A DNA stretch of 63,996 bases, counting the filler, from Sphacelaria rigidula (taxonomy: Eukaryota), in assembly GCA_964200075.2 (NCBI GenBank). It is 3 parts of 3 records of this genome, joined end to end, with 100 filler letters (N's around TTAATTAATTAA, not from the genome) between each part and the next. Parts side by side here need not be neighbours in the genome. Positions count along the whole stretch, not along the records: positions 21,524 to 42,944 come from CAXNAA020000424.1; 2 more parts are not named here. One strand, given 5' to 3'. Below are positions 26,105-41,100 of the stretch, in pieces. The translations under genes were made by a program, and so were the position numbers. The notes under the pieces were generated by a model, which searched no databases, had not been told where the DNA came from, and was given only the letters and a program-made list of their open reading frames with translations. Position 1 is the stretch's first letter. Each line of letters opens with the position of its first letter.

Positions 26105-29100
26105 ATGATGGCGAGTTACCCCCCTCTTACTCCTTCTCCCATTGCATCATCAGGCCCAGATGCCGTGGGACAAGCAGAAGCTACGGGGCCAAAAGGAGAA
26201 GGGTTTTCTTCGGAACGAGATGCGGCTGAGATGCTCAGAGCGGACGATGACGGTGGCAGTTCAAGAGGCTCAGGGAGGCTCAGGATACAGCCCATTGATA
26301 CCAAACTCCGATTACAGCTAATGAAAACACAGGTTTGCACATATACAGAACGACGAGCTGGGCCAGCCAAAAAATGGCTCGAGGTGTGACACTGGATTTA
26401 TTCCCCGCTCAGCTTTGAGAGTTGGGCTTTGAAATTTAGTACAGCACAGTGTATGATGCATGTACATGCTGCCTATTCCGACTTTTCTCCCAAATAAAGG
26501 GCAGAAAATGAAACCTTTATTGTGCAAAATCGTCTTTCAGGTCGAGCAAAGACTCGAAACGTGCAGCATGCGATTTTTTGCGCCATGCCCCTGCGATATA
26601 CTCCATACACAATTTCGACGCGCACAACTCTCAAAACTGAGGGGGGAAGTCCAGATTTAGCGCGTCGCTACGTAATATGCTGGTATTAGTATGGGATCTT
26701 ATGCGCACCATATCCGTCGATAGGAAAAAAACGAAGTACGTGAACGTGGGGGTATCGATCGTTTCCCCCTACCCCAAGGAATTTTCCAAGGGTCGGACGA
26801 ATTAACGGTTCGTCTGGAAACTACTTGATTTCAGAATGGGTGATTCGTACCGTACGAATCAATCCTTGGAGTTGCTTTAACCCTCGCGGAACCGATTGAT
26901 TCCTTTTGTTTTTGTAAATCGGCATCATTTTAACTTAAAAATGAGTGAAAATGATGCCGATTCACAAAAGCAAAAACCACCAATGAGCTCCAAGAGGGTC
27001 AAGCGTTGCACCCAAGCCACGCGCCACCCAGGCACGTGGAATGGCGCAAAATTTACGTGGAGACTTTTTTGGCCAGTTGTCAACTTTTTTCTCTCTTTCG
27101 AGCAATCGGGCCTCAAAAACCGTGGAGTCGGTTATTCAAGTCGGCGATGATTTTTCCGAACCTTGGAATTTCACACCGAAAATCAGCGTCATCCGCTGAA
27201 TATATTGTTCGGAGGATCGCATAGACTCTATTTTACCCAATATGGGGATATCTCCGTAAGTGACGGGAATTAGTCGACGTCGCGTTTTATCAATATTTGA
27301 CCGCGCTGTTGACTAGATGGGCATCTGTCCTTTGATAAGACGATTAACAAGATGTGCGGATCAAGGCCCACGTCGTCTGTGTTTGTGAGACATATCCATG
27401 GCTGCGATAGCTTGAATATTTTTTGTATGCTGTCCCAGCTCGTATACATGGCGTCGATTGCATTTTCACCCCCGGCTGTCGTTGGACAGGAATCGGGGCA
27501 GAGTGCAAGCACCCCGTAAAAAATACAGTTTTGGCGGCATTACGGTGGAAAGTCGCGCAAATAACGTTGCCCAGCAAGGTTACCTTCAAACTGGCGTCCT
27601 GTACAAAAGTAGTGTAGCAGCAGGCTTTCTATTGCTGTAGTCGCCATCCCTTGTCTCTCGCTGTGCCTCTGTCATCGGTAGCATGTAAATAAAGGATGGG
27701 TGCATTTACCGTGCGCCGTGCAACAGGGGCGTTTCCAAAGAAAGGGCCAGTAGACACAAAAAAGGGTGAATTAGCACCGCAATCTTGGAGGATACTTCTA
27801 AAACAAAATGACGGCGCTTGGTATTGGAATCCGCCTCTGCCACGAGAGAGCAGTGGCTCAGCTCTGTTGGGCTCATCAAATTTCTTGATCATTATCAATA
27901 CGACATTCTGGCCTACCCTCCTCCTCGGTTTCACGCGCTGACGAATGGTGTGTGGTAGGGACTGAGCATGCGTTCCAAAGCAAACTTCGGAAACACGCAT
28001 ATGATAGCCGCTCGGCCTGGTCCTGCCCACATGAGTATATCGAAGCTGGTCGAGGGCGGATCAAGCTACACCGAGGCAAGAAAGCAGATCGCCAGAGCTA
28101 CTCGGTGAGGTATCGAGTAAGCCCATGTTAGCGACACGAGGAGGATGCTTCACCCCTGCTGTTTACAGTTCGCGTCGAGCTGCCTCGAAACGGGGGTTTC
28201 GGATGAATGCACACCAGGCGGGTGTGTACGTATTTTTAAAGAAGCATAACCCCCTGGAGAGTCGATTCTTCATGTGGGAGGGGTATACTCATGATCGTGC
28301 ATGCCGTAATCGTATGCTCATTGACGTCACATCCCTGCAAAGTCGGGACGGAGCACACCAGGTTTTCACCGGCCTCGTAGGGTTGGCCAAATACTCGAGT
28401 TGAGTCTTGCAGCAGGACATAAATTGATTTGAGTGTACCACGGGAAAGTTTTTAGGTTTTAGTGTAGGGTAGAAGTTACTCGGCTTCACTTTAATGAAAA
28501 CTAACTACTTGGTTGTAGTGCTGAATCCAATATTGCTTGATCATGTTGTAGTAATCGGAGCAAGGCAGCACCTACCGCGAGGGCAAGAAAGAACAGTCCG
28601 GGCTGCAGACCGCAGTGTGCTTGAATTATGGGAGAGCATAGCTTACGTCATTACTGCGCTGTTTGTAACACGTACTTTCTACTGCATTATTGTGTGACGG
28701 GTTCTAGCCGTGAAACGTTGAGAAAGTATTCATGTATATTTCTCATCCATGGCATGAGGTGCGTGAGCGGGATGGGTTCGTTCCCAACCCCTGCGCGCGA
28801 CGTTGAAGCGTCCCGACTTGGCTATTCTTCGTTTCGGATTCAACCGGACCTAGCTGATTTAGGCCAGCGCCCCGATTCTGCGACCACATCCAATGCTCTG
28901 AACATCTGCACGTGTTGCATGGCGTGGTTTGGCGATATCTACGATCTAAAATTCAGCCAAAGCCAAACTAGGCGCGCTGAACCCCCACGATATATCTCAA
29001 GACAATACAGCTTCGATTCTTCTCCGCGGTATTCGAACTTGGCACACAAAAGACCTCCGTACACATGAAACATAAACTCGCCTTCTGCCACAAAAACATC

Positions 29101-32100
29101 AAAGCGCTGAGATCAAAGGGGAGATGCTGTGGCACAAAGTTATACCGTTATCGGCGGCTTTGTGCCCACTTTTCTTCCAACCCCCGTCTTTTCAGAGTTG
29201 CTTCCGTCTTCGGAACAGTCCGGCTTGATTTACCCAAGTGTTACCAGAAAACGTTAAGCGCTGTTAGGTATATCTCGCGGAACGATGAGAATACAGCATT
29301 GTCTACCCAACAAAGATCACGCCCAGAATAAAGCATGACTAGCAGAAGGATACATAACATTCCTCAATTCTTGTGTCTTGAGTTCGATACCAACACTACG
29401 GTGGTTTGATGGTCCGACAGTCACCCAGAAGGTGGAGAAAAACATCTGGAGAAACTGTTTTGGGGTCCCCCGGCAATACTACTAACTCAACTCACGGCTT
29501 CAACACATACTCAGTAGTCACTTAATTCACTCGAGTGCACTGTTGGGATCCGAATTACTTCACTACGGAATCGGTCGTGTTGGTACAAAGATGTACGTAA
29601 TTGCTGTCCGAAATTCGGGGGGCTTGGTGGGGAGGGGGTTGGAATACATCCGTTGCTGATATCCGCCAGTATGCACCTTCAAAAACATACAAGTAGTCAT
29701 CAACACGGGGTATAGTCGATGTCCTTGGCGATGCAGCAGCTGGCAACTTTCGCGTGCTGGCCGTCTATCCATCAGTGAAATTGGGCGTCTCTGCACTCGA
29801 TCGATTGATTGATAGTTGCACATTAATTGTTTCCCCAGGGATCATGATCCAGCCGTGGTCTCATGGTAGACGTACGCGAGATGAGGACAAAACGGAAACA
29901 CTCGCTGCAGGAAAATGAAGAGAATGAACAGGAAAGGTAGAACAGACAAGTAGAGTACTTTTGACCAAAGTTGAGCGAACAAACGAACAAACAAACGGAC
30001 GGACAGGCAAAAACAAGACAAAGAAATACAACAGTACAAGAAGAAGGACGACAACAGAGGGACGAGAAATGAAGGACAAACAAACTGGAAATATCCGACC
30101 TCTGCAACATGGCTTGAGATGAGAAGAGCTCATGCGCACAAGCACATTCAGTCTTAACCAATGGAAAACCAAAACCCTGGGAACGGATTGTGGTTTGTTC
30201 GTTTCGGTCACACTGTTTTGGGTATAAGCTCCGACCCATGAACCTTATGTAATTGAGGCATCGAACTGCGACTTGCATACATGGGAAGAAAGTAACACGA
30301 AGAGAGAGAGGGAGATGGGGACAGAAAATCGTTATGGAATGTCTACTGTGGGCTGATAAGTATGGCTCCCACATCTCGAACTGTGGCCGTCGCTTGACCA
30401 CTGCCAGGGAAAGGTGGCTAGATCATCGTGAGAGTGCCATTCACGTCTATTCAGTTCGCGAAAAAATGTGTTTGTTCGTGTGGTTCTCCGCCCATTGCTA
30501 GGCAGTGACCCCGATGGCATCCGTGCGGAATACCAGGGAAAGTGATTGGAAAAGTGTCTTTAGGAGAAGATTAGCTGGCGCCTTTCGGCTGAAGCGCCCC
30601 AGCTTTTGCCTCACGAATGCTACGACATAGCACCCACTCAATGGCGTACGCCAAAATGATTGGGAGGTATACCACGTTCACACCCATGAACACCGAAGTA
30701 CACCATGTGTACATGCGCATACGAATTGGCCCGCATATTCTCCGTAACATGAAGTTGTGCGAACAAAGAAAAACATTTTGTTTTTGCCGTGCTTTATTTA
30801 AATGCCCGGAAATGGCAAAAACACCCGCCGTCGACGTGCGTGTTTCACATTTCTTTCGTTTCTTTCTCGAAAATAAGAGAGGTTCACCAGCGGTTCGTAC
30901 GAGAAGGAGAAGACGCGCTGGCAAAGGAAATGTCTTTCAGAGACCTCCAGGAGAGGGTAAAACGTGCGCACACTTTGGGTTCGGCTACTCTCACGCACAG
31001 AATCGAGCGCATGCACAGACGCGGGCGAGAGGCTAAGGTGGGTGCCCCCTTGAGGGGCACATTAAGATGGCGGAATCAAAAACATGTATACATAAAAAGC
31101 GCAACGGGAGAGTGCAGTATCTGGTGTTTCGCTGAAGGAATGCGAGGTCTTCCGATAGAAGTAGAATAGCCAGATTTGAGTACAGTATACTACTTCGAGA
31201 TGTTGACAAGCTACACTCCGATGCTGGGGAAGGAAAGGCATTCGTATCCCATCTCACTTGGGACGGAATGTACTCAAGATCGACCCAAAACCTGTTAAAA
31301 TCACTCGCTTATCTTCAAGAAGAAATTGCGCAGAATCCACCTATGTATCTTGTCCAACATTCAAATCCTGGTACTCCTCATCTCAAACAAGCCTGCCTGC
31401 TACTCGTACTGTGTTTTGCATTACCGCAGGCAAGAGATATGCTAAAGTGGAACGAACTCAACAAGGAAATCCGCCAGAAGGACAACAGGACCTTGGCGCG
31501 AGAGCTCATGCAAGCCAAGGCGCGAATAAGATCCTCAGCCCTCCCTCCTACAAGCACGCCTCCTGCTCTGCCGCTCAAGGCCACCTCTGGTTCTCCGGAG
31601 GCAGTCACATCACCTCTCCGAACGGAAAGTCAACCCCAGAGCAAAGCTCATTGCAAGAGCAACCACGCTGTGATCACTGCACGAAGCGGCATAGCGCCAG
31701 AATCGGACCAAACAAAGAAAAGAGAAAACTTTTCAGTTGAAAACACTCGAAAACCAACGGAAAGTGGACAGCACTTTTTTCATAAAGACGGAGAAACGGG
31801 GGAAGAAGATGCGGCCGCGGGTACCACAGGTTGTGAGAGCGGGGAGGCAACAGTGGCGAGGGGGGCTGGGCGGGACGCCAAAGACGTGGCGTTTGTATTG
31901 CGGAAGCTGTACACGGGTGGTGCGTTGGATGCACAGCAGGAGGGATGGGATAGCTTGCCTATGGAGCTATTTAATACGCTCACGATGCAAGTTGGGACGA
32001 TAAACAAGGTATGCAGCGCCGCATTTAAAGATAAAGTGTTGGCATCGACACTTTGGGAGGACGGGTGCTCGTTGCAGACGCGCGTAGTTGACGATGAGAG

Positions 32101-35100
32101 GGGGCTATACCCCGTACAACAAATAAATGGCCGAACAAATGAGCGATGGGATAATTATCGGAATAAGCAGAACTCGAAGGTGGTTGGGGCAGGGTGGCCT
32201 GGTTTTTGCAAGGCATTTGCATTACAGAGTACCCCGGGCTACCTGGGGCATCTACTGCCGAAAATACGGAGTACCCCAGGGTATCGACTGAAGAAGGTAC
32301 AGAGTATCCCAGGGTATCTACAGTGTGGAGTAGCACACCCGTACCCAACCCGGCTCCAATCACCTGTTGTAGAAATGGAGGACTCCATAGATAGAGGAAC
32401 AACACGCCGGGTCTTTCTCGCGGATACTCCGTGATCAACCTGGGGCGCGACAGAAGCCCAACGTATATCGACTTAGATGAAACGACGAGAAACAAACGGC
32501 GAACCCAACGAACATCGAATTCGAAGTCCCCCCTCCCACGCTCATCTGTTTGCCTGCTTGCTCTCCCTCTTGCTCTCCCTCTCTCTCTTTCTCTCTTCCT
32601 CTTTCGTCTCTCACTGCGCGTCCGGCGTGGCTGCATCTGACCACGGTAGATCAACATGCCACGGAACAACTTGGAGCTGTTGATATCTCTGCGGAATCCA
32701 AACTTTTCGTGTGCCCACATGCGATCGGTGACAGAGATAAACCTGAGCGGAAACAAGCTATCAGAGCTTCCCGCGGAAGTCCACCGGCTTACCAGCCTCA
32801 GGTAGCGAAACAATGAGCCCTTGGCATGTTTTGGAACTCGCGCGTTGTACCGTAGTGCCCGGCAAACAAACTTAGCCGGTGCGACTAAGAGATCCTCTGC
32901 AAACGTTATGGCGAATCAGTCGCTTACTCGGTACAAAATACCTGCTTCTCATCGCTGACGTTTGCTTGTACAATTTATCGTGTTTTTTAGGGTAACGCAC
33001 CGCGCATCGCTCGGCGCCTGTCCGTATCTCACCTGTATTGAGGGACGCTAAAAAGTGCTGTGCTGCCATGGGGCACAAGCGAGGTGGCCGCCCTTATTTG
33101 AGGAATAAAATGTAGAACAATGCGGTTACCGTCTGAGAATATATGGTAGCATCAGTACCAGGTAGCCTGCAAACGTTGTCTGTCCGACTTCGCAAAAAGT
33201 TTGGTTCACCTAGGAGGTGTCATCGATCGCCTGTATCTTGAGTACCCTGTGGTGTATGTGAACAGTACCGTGCGAAGTTCTTTAGACTCGAGGAACAATT
33301 GCTGCACGTGCCCTATTTCGTACTTCCGGGGATCCCTTCCATTGATCAGTACTTATTACCTCGTTGTCACACATGATACTATCGGTTTGCCATTTACTGG
33401 TCTAATTAGAACGCTTCGTCTGGACAACAACAAGCTCAGCGGGCTTCCGGAGTCGCTGTTGACACTCACGTCCCTGACATCACTATCTCTGAGGCACAAC
33501 AACTTCTCCACCCTTCCGTACCGCTTCGGAGACCTCCGTTTTCTCCGCAAGCTTGACCTGGGGGAGAACATGCTCAAGAACTTACCAGCAACCATGGTGA
33601 TCGCTGATTTTGTTTTCGTCATACATTTGACTCCTCATTTTCCTTGGAACGACTTCTTAGCGTCAAGGTATTACCTCCATCTCCTGCCCACTACGACTTG
33701 TCTGTCATTTTCATGTCCGGGACTGGACCCGCGCTTCCGTACCGTCCCGACTCTCGTAGAATCAACTATTATTGCAACTCTTGGCTTCACGTTTTCCACG
33801 ACAAAAAGCAGATGATGCTCAAAAATATGTATATTTCGGAATGCGAGCCCCGCAACCTTCCGTCTTCAGCAGCCGTTGGTAAAGCACTTAGACGACTGGG
33901 GCGCATGTGCTGGTGATTCCCTGAATTCCCTACACAACCCAATTCGTCGAAATACGTTTCGTCGGTAGCAGCAGTTTGACAAGGCCTGTGCCTGGTTGGC
34001 ATAGCTCACCTCACTTTGTTCACGTTCTTCACTTTGATTAGCTCCGATTCGCACCCGTTTCATGGGTGCAACGGGTTTGGATACTGCAGGTAAAATAACA
34101 CACAACCATCCCCGGTCGAACCATGTTTCGTGGCGACATACTGCCGTTTATTTCTCACTTCCGTGGCGAGTACTACATACAACCATCCCGCAGCGTGAGA
34201 TAAATCTCGGCGCTGCTTCGACGTAGTTTCTTGCTTGTCATATTTTCTGCAGGGCCTGCTCACGTCGTTACAACACCTGAAGCTGGATGGCAACAATATG
34301 CCCCATCTAGCAGTGCCACCTCCGCTAAAGACCCCGGACGGGAAGGATCACTCCCTCGACTGGTCCAAGCGCTGGCACAAGGAGAAAAAAAAAGAGGTAC
34401 GGTGATAGGGCTGTGGATCCTTTGCCCTGCCGGTACACCCCATGAATGATCGGAAGCATACAGTAGATCGATATTCGTGTCTACACTACGACTAAGTGAT
34501 CTCGGCCTCTTCGCTTGAATGCCATGCAGCTCGCCTGCATGGCGTGGGGAGATAGACTGCTTGTCTGACCATCGAATGAAATCTGGTAATACTTGTCATT
34601 CTATAGTCCCGAGACGTCCGACCTAGCATCCCGCCATGACTAACTCGCCGGCGCTACTATCTCGAGCAGCCCCTGTGCCCATCCTGCGTTGTTACGAAGC
34701 TTTCAGTCCAGCCCACGCACGTTCAATACGTCGATTCTATGAGAGTTCCTCTACAATGCTGCTTCACGCGTGGGAACGTGTCCTGCGCATCCTCTCCATC
34801 CTCTGGCCCCATTTTTTCCCTTCGGATGTGTCCTTACTGCGTAAATTGAGGTGTGGGTTAACGAAGTGACAGGCGAGACGAGTGAAGCTGATCCAGCCAC
34901 CGTGCACAAGAGTTCACAGTCGTCGGCATCTGGAAAGTCTAGCAAGTCTTCCCTGACGGCTGGAACGCTGGCATACAACACGCGCAGGAATACTTTGGCC
35001 AAGCGAGGTGCGATGTAAAGGGTTCTTGGAAGCCAGTGAAATAAAAACGATGACAGACGAAGCACGGGATTTCAACGCGCATCCGCGAATCGGCGAGGCA

Positions 35101-38100
35101 ATGCATGTGTGCTTCGAATAACCGTTCTAAGGTCTGAAGAACAAAGAGTGGCAGCATGACTCTGTTTCTCTGTGGATATCGACAAGATTACAAGAGCATG
35201 CGTTCCGCAAACAGTGAACAAATTGAGTGAGACCTCACTTGCCAGCGGAAGAATCGTTCCTCGGCTTCGTCAGAACTTCCGTTTCATTTCTGGAGCCAAG
35301 TAATGGTAATTATGTCGAAACAAGCAGTCATTGCGTGAACGGAAACGCATGGCCTTACACGGTGGGACTCAGAAACGAGGGCCGGGAGACTCGAAATCTT
35401 GCAACAGCGCAAAATGCGGATGTGCCTCCCGATTGCACAAGTTATACCTCCTCGCTTACCTTAACGCCAACCATGTCTCCTTGGTGCGTTCCTAACCCAT
35501 GCGCAGGTGTGTACGAGTGGGAAGCGGCGCTAAACATCAGCACGGGTCAGGTGTACTACGTCAATAATGTCAACTTCAGGAAGGTACGAAAGGCGCGTGT
35601 CTAGTTGTTGAGTCTGGCTGCCGGGATCGATGGCGACTGGTGAAATCTAACTCTCCAGAAGAAAATCAACCTCTCACATTATCGGGGAGAATAGAATGGT
35701 CAAGTTTGGTCTCAATTATGAGCCATGTCACCGCCCCGTGTGCTCATCGCACACCAATGCAGGCATCGACGATGCCGATGTGCATGAACCGCTTGGGGGA
35801 AATGACGAACCTGGTGACGCTGAAGCTTAGTCAGAACAAGCTCCGCTCCCTACCCACCAGGTACCACGGGAAATATATAAGAGGGGCGAAGATTTTTGCG
35901 CCGCCACCCACTCATCAAAAGGGCCCATGTAATGGACAGCTTGACCATGCCGCAGGGAACCTCTGCCAAGCGATAAACGAGTCAAAAATGTTCGAGAGCC
36001 GACAACACGGATTGCGGTGCATACTTGAATGCCAATGTCAATGCGGTCAGATCTTGCATGCTGTCTCTCAACATCCGCCGACGCCGTTTCGTCTCCTGAG
36101 TATTCCATTCCTCTTCCTCGGGCGATCGCCCAGTTTCCGCTCTGTCATTTCCGCACACAACATTCATCTTCATCTGTGCGCAGTCCCGTATTGTCGTCGC
36201 TCAACGCGCACGATCTTCAACTGTGGAGCGACGGTTAAACCCCTGGAAAACAAAGGTTACGAGGATACTGAGAAAATAAAATTACACATCCATGTTCGCT
36301 TCAAGTCCGAAACAGACACTTTCACCCATTTGTCAACAATTTCTGAGTAAAAGAAAGCTGTTTCTGTTCGTCTAACTCCTAATGATCCCCTGCCCCGATC
36401 CTACGGGTCCTCCTTGACACAGTATATGCTCATGCGTTAACCTCGAAGTGCTGGAGGCAAACGACAACTACCTCGAGTACTTGCCGACAAACCTAGGAGA
36501 GATGAAAATGCTAAGATCAGTAAGGTACGACACGCCCCGGCGATATTTTGCTTTGTGGTATTTTCCCCATGTGTTGCTTTGTGTGTCACGTGAACACTGT
36601 CCTGCGGAGAGTAGAGTACATCGTAGTCACAAAAATATATATATATAGGGCAGCTTACGATGTTCGACATATATATTTTTATTCAGTAATGGGTACGGCT
36701 GAGTTCTGGTCAATGAATGCCACACCATTATCGCATGTCAATTGTAACCATCTGACTACGTAATGATCTTGAGGTATCTCGGACGAATCATTCCACCTTT
36801 AGACAAGTCCATGGGGATACTCACAGGCAATGCGGAAGAAACCATGAAAAAAAAACAAGTATTGTTGAATGGAACTGTAATGGTGACTGACGCTTCGTAA
36901 TAAAGGATTATTACACTACTGTCGAGCACTCATGAATGGTTCAAGACGCGACCCATGACACCAACCCGTTGAAGGCGTCCCACGAAAAAGATGTTCCAAA
37001 CACCTCTTCGCGGTCGACAGGTTTGACATCAACTGTCTCAGGGAGCTGCCGGGATCAATGGTGAATCTTTCAAGATTGGAAGNNNNNNNNNNGGAAGAGC
37101 TGGATCTCACCAGCAACTTCTTCGCCACTTTTCCAGAGTTCGCCATGAAAATGTCTCGTCTACGCAAGGTAACCCCAGGGACGAATCTTCTCTCTATCAG
37201 GCACATGCAACCAGACCCCTTGCTATACGGCATTTCCCTCACTATACTTCGCTGATGACGACGCACTGCACCTTGTGATTGATGTACTTTCGACGCATGT
37301 AATCTGCAGTCCGTCATACTTGAACGTCATGAAGGTCACGGGTTTGCGTACACATTGTCCACTGTATTGTAGCATTATCACACCGAAACGTACAAAATCC
37401 GTGAGGATCTCTGGAGGGGCAGCGTTTCTCGCTTACTCCGGATCAACGACCTACGACGAAAATCCTGAGCTCCGTCAGTGGGGAAATTGCTCGAAGTTCG
37501 CGGGGTTACAGAACACTCCGTGGATCCCTCTGAACAAAGATCCAAAATCCATAAATCCTTGCTGCCTCATTCATTATTGTTGTTCCCCTTGGTTTCGCCG
37601 GTACGTGAATTTGCAGGGAAATTCCTGTGGAAGTCGTTCTCGACAAGACACACTGGTTACAGTACTGCATCTAGCTTTGGCTACAGATCTGCGCATTCAC
37701 AATTAAAATTGGAAACAAAATTGGCGTGAGACTAGATTCCCTGGGTGAAGAACTCGGGTGAATGCTCTTTTTTTTTGCGGATGATCCCACCAGATGTACC
37801 AACATCTGACGCCTTGCATGCAACCAGTGCAAATGATCCGCTCTAGCGCTGATACAGCGGGCGTGTGATACGGGAAACGTTATTCTGCACTGCTACATCG
37901 CGTTATGGCGGTCGCGATCAGGGCCAATTGCATTCTATTCTCCCGTCATAAGGTACCACCACTCGTGCTCCGTTCTGCTGTGCACGTTTCTTGCCCTTTC
38001 AGTTGATGCTTGGAAATAACCAGCTGAAGAAGCTTCCCTACGTCTTGGGATTTTTGTCAAGCCTCGAAGACCTGCAGGTGAGACACTGCCCTTCGCGATT

Positions 38101-41100
38101 TGCCATCTTCCAAGCGTGGGTCCATGAAAAAAAACAGGGCATGACCTAGGCAGCTGGGAGGAGTGTCCTCTCCCTCCCTCCGTCCCGCCGCCGCACCTTG
38201 AACCGTTGAAGGTGTCATTGTGCTGGTTCAATGATGGATGATGGTGTCGGAGCAGTGAATGGTTGAACTCCGTTGATGATTCTTATAAGTCATCCGAGCC
38301 TAACGATAGTACACCAGCTGTTACAGTAGCGTTTTATCAATATTTGACCCGCAACGACAAGGTCAGAAACCTCTCCAAGATCAAAAGCTCGCCTTGAACC
38401 ACAAGAAAAGTCGTCATCCGACAATACTAAGATTCTGCGTCGCCACCACCCCTTGCCTCGCCATTGCTCTCGGCTACCACTGAGCACGGCCTTAGCTCAA
38501 GTCTCGACGAAATTGTACTGATAATCTGAGGAGAACAAAGACACCCGTCGCTGACGTCCCTACGTGGTGAGGCAGCTATACAACAACCCCCTGGCGGATC
38601 CACCGGCTGAAGTGTTGCTACTCGGCTTGGACCGGATGCTGTGGGAGTGTCGACAGAGACATTGGGCTCAAACCAGGGGCCCACCTCCAGAGGTTAAAGT
38701 CCACGGCTACGGAATTGAGGTGAGGCGAGTAAGGATTAATTTCAGGCAGTTACTATCCGTGAGGAAGTTTTGCGAATAGTTCAAACCTTACACCATATAC
38801 TTTCAAATGATTCCCTTGGTTTCCACGAAGTTGCATAGTTTTCACGACTGAAAGAGTAAAAGTGACGGCTGAGATTAAGCCTGGGCAAATTTTGCAGGAT
38901 ACTTACTACATTAATGCAGCTATATCTCAATATTTTCGTGACCGCCTGGACTGTTTCATGTAGCGGTTATACCTTGCACGCACTGCACATGCCGGACGTC
39001 GGAGGTATGCAGTGATGCGGAATTAATGATCATTGGCTGCTGATGTTGGCCAAGCAGAGACAGCGAGTGTTGTTGCACACCGAAATAAAGACCACAACCC
39101 TAGAAACTCGTCAAAGCCGTATATAAATACCGCGTTCAGATGTTCGAGCGATTCTGCTTTTATCAGATGTTTATAAGTATGCGAAGTTCAGGCCAGAAGA
39201 ATACTCGCTCGTGGGCTAGAAACCAGGTGCCTCCAACTTGAGCTCCGCTTGAACACCACGTCTTTCATCCCGTGCCGCATGATACATCCAAATCTTGGAC
39301 ATTTCCCCGAAGAAGCGGGTGAGTTTCGCGAGGTCAGTGCCCTGCCACATCTGCTCGTCAATTCTTGTATGTCACACCCCGAGCGGAGAGAGATCTTACA
39401 CATTCCATCAGCAGCAGTGTGATATCTTTTCCGTGGTCCCACTAGAAACGTTTTCACTATCTCATCATCTCCTCTCTTTCCCCGCCAAATCCTCGCCGAA
39501 ATGGTTACTTCTTTTTGCGGGGAATATCAGGAGGAGAAGCTAGAGCTCTTGCCGGAGTTTGAGCGCAAGCTGGCCAAGTGCATCAAGACTGCGGGCAGGA
39601 CGGGGGAGCTAAATTTCATTCTGGAAGGGCTGACCTATTTCCCGATGGGAGTGTTTGATGAGGAAGTGAGATGCATGTACGAGATAGGTTTGCAATCCCA
39701 TCATCTATAATCATTTGGAACAAAGCCAATATACCTCTTCGCAGCGTGCGTTAATCAATATACGGTTGTTGGTGACTCGCGGTAGTTGTTGACGAGAGCT
39801 TTCAGAGTGAGATATCGAAAGTCATCATCAAACGAATGTGGCATAAACATTGCATCTGCATGAATGTGCTCCGACAGGTTTTCACTGTATTTCGTTTGTT
39901 ATGCGGCGCAAAACGTTTTCAGTCAAAACATGATATTTTGGGGTGAAAAACGCACTACGATCCTTGGACGTGCTAGGCTGGCAGCACCGGGGTCTCCAGC
40001 GCTGGATGATACACGACTCTGCGCTTCTTAAGCATAAAATCTATCACCCTTGTCGCAATCCAAGCTCGATCATCTCAGACCTAAGTCTGACTCTAATCCC
40101 GCCCCTCACAACGTGAATCCTAACCCCCAAAGCCCTATCCCGAACTCTAACCCAGTGGTAAACACGTTATCTAGATCGGCAGAAAGCTCACGAGTCTACG
40201 CCTGGACAGCAACGACTTCAGTTCGGTGGTTATTCCATTCCGGCACACCTGGCAAGATCTCGACAAAGTCACGCATTCGGTAAGTACGTCTGAAGAGAAA
40301 AAAATATGACCTATTCACGCCAATGTAGTTACGTTCCAGATACTGCACTACTCTCGGTAATCCTCGACGTAGGCCTTTTGTATCTATCACTTCAACTGCA
40401 TTAGCACTAGCGTACAGGATCACCCATTTTCGCGTATTTATTGCTCTGCACGAAGTATAGTTTTCCCCTCTATTACGGTGTGCGATGATGATGCCGGTAA
40501 CTATGATAGTGGCGATGATGATAACGATGGTGGTGATTCCTGAGAGCCAAGGATTCTCACCCCTAGCACGTCGTGTGCAGGCAAGCGGCGAACATGATGA
40601 GAACATAGTAGACGCGTGTAGTGTTTTTTTTCACAAAACTATTGCATGACGGGACCTATGAAGAAAACATGCTCCGTTCTCGTCGTTGTCTCCACAAGGG
40701 TATACGACGTGTTCTTGTACGTTAGAGATGACTTTGTACCTGATGTGTGGTATTTGGCTTGAAGCGACCTGGCAACATGTGGCGCCCCATCAGCCGGAAC
40801 GAGTTCCGCTCAACCAGCAGAGTCGCACATACAGTTGCGGTACCTATACAATCTAGGCACCTCGAACAGTCTTTGACTGTCTCTATACAAGTGCGCGCTA
40901 TGGCAATATATCTACCGCGTCTCCCTTCGGCAGGTGTCCCTGTGCAATCTCTTGGTACTTTCTCTCAAGAACTGCAAGTTACGGCAGCTCAGTGACGATA
41001 TTGCCGAGCTAGGGTCGCTGAGAGCGCTCTACCTCGAGAACAACAGGGTGTTAATGCTACCGGAGAGCTTCACCCGACTCAGAACTTTGGAGGTAGGGTT

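Noticed and set aside
32009..32434. C-terminal part of the 388-aa ORF with STPGY repeats
   Set aside because: Intron read-through into a repeat fragment (gagtacccc.ggg units) past a strong donor at 32008.
37076..37097. Apparent 4-aa insertion and duplicated ggaag in an LRR exon
   Set aside because: 10-N gap with overlapping contig ends; collapsing the overlap restores LEELDL.
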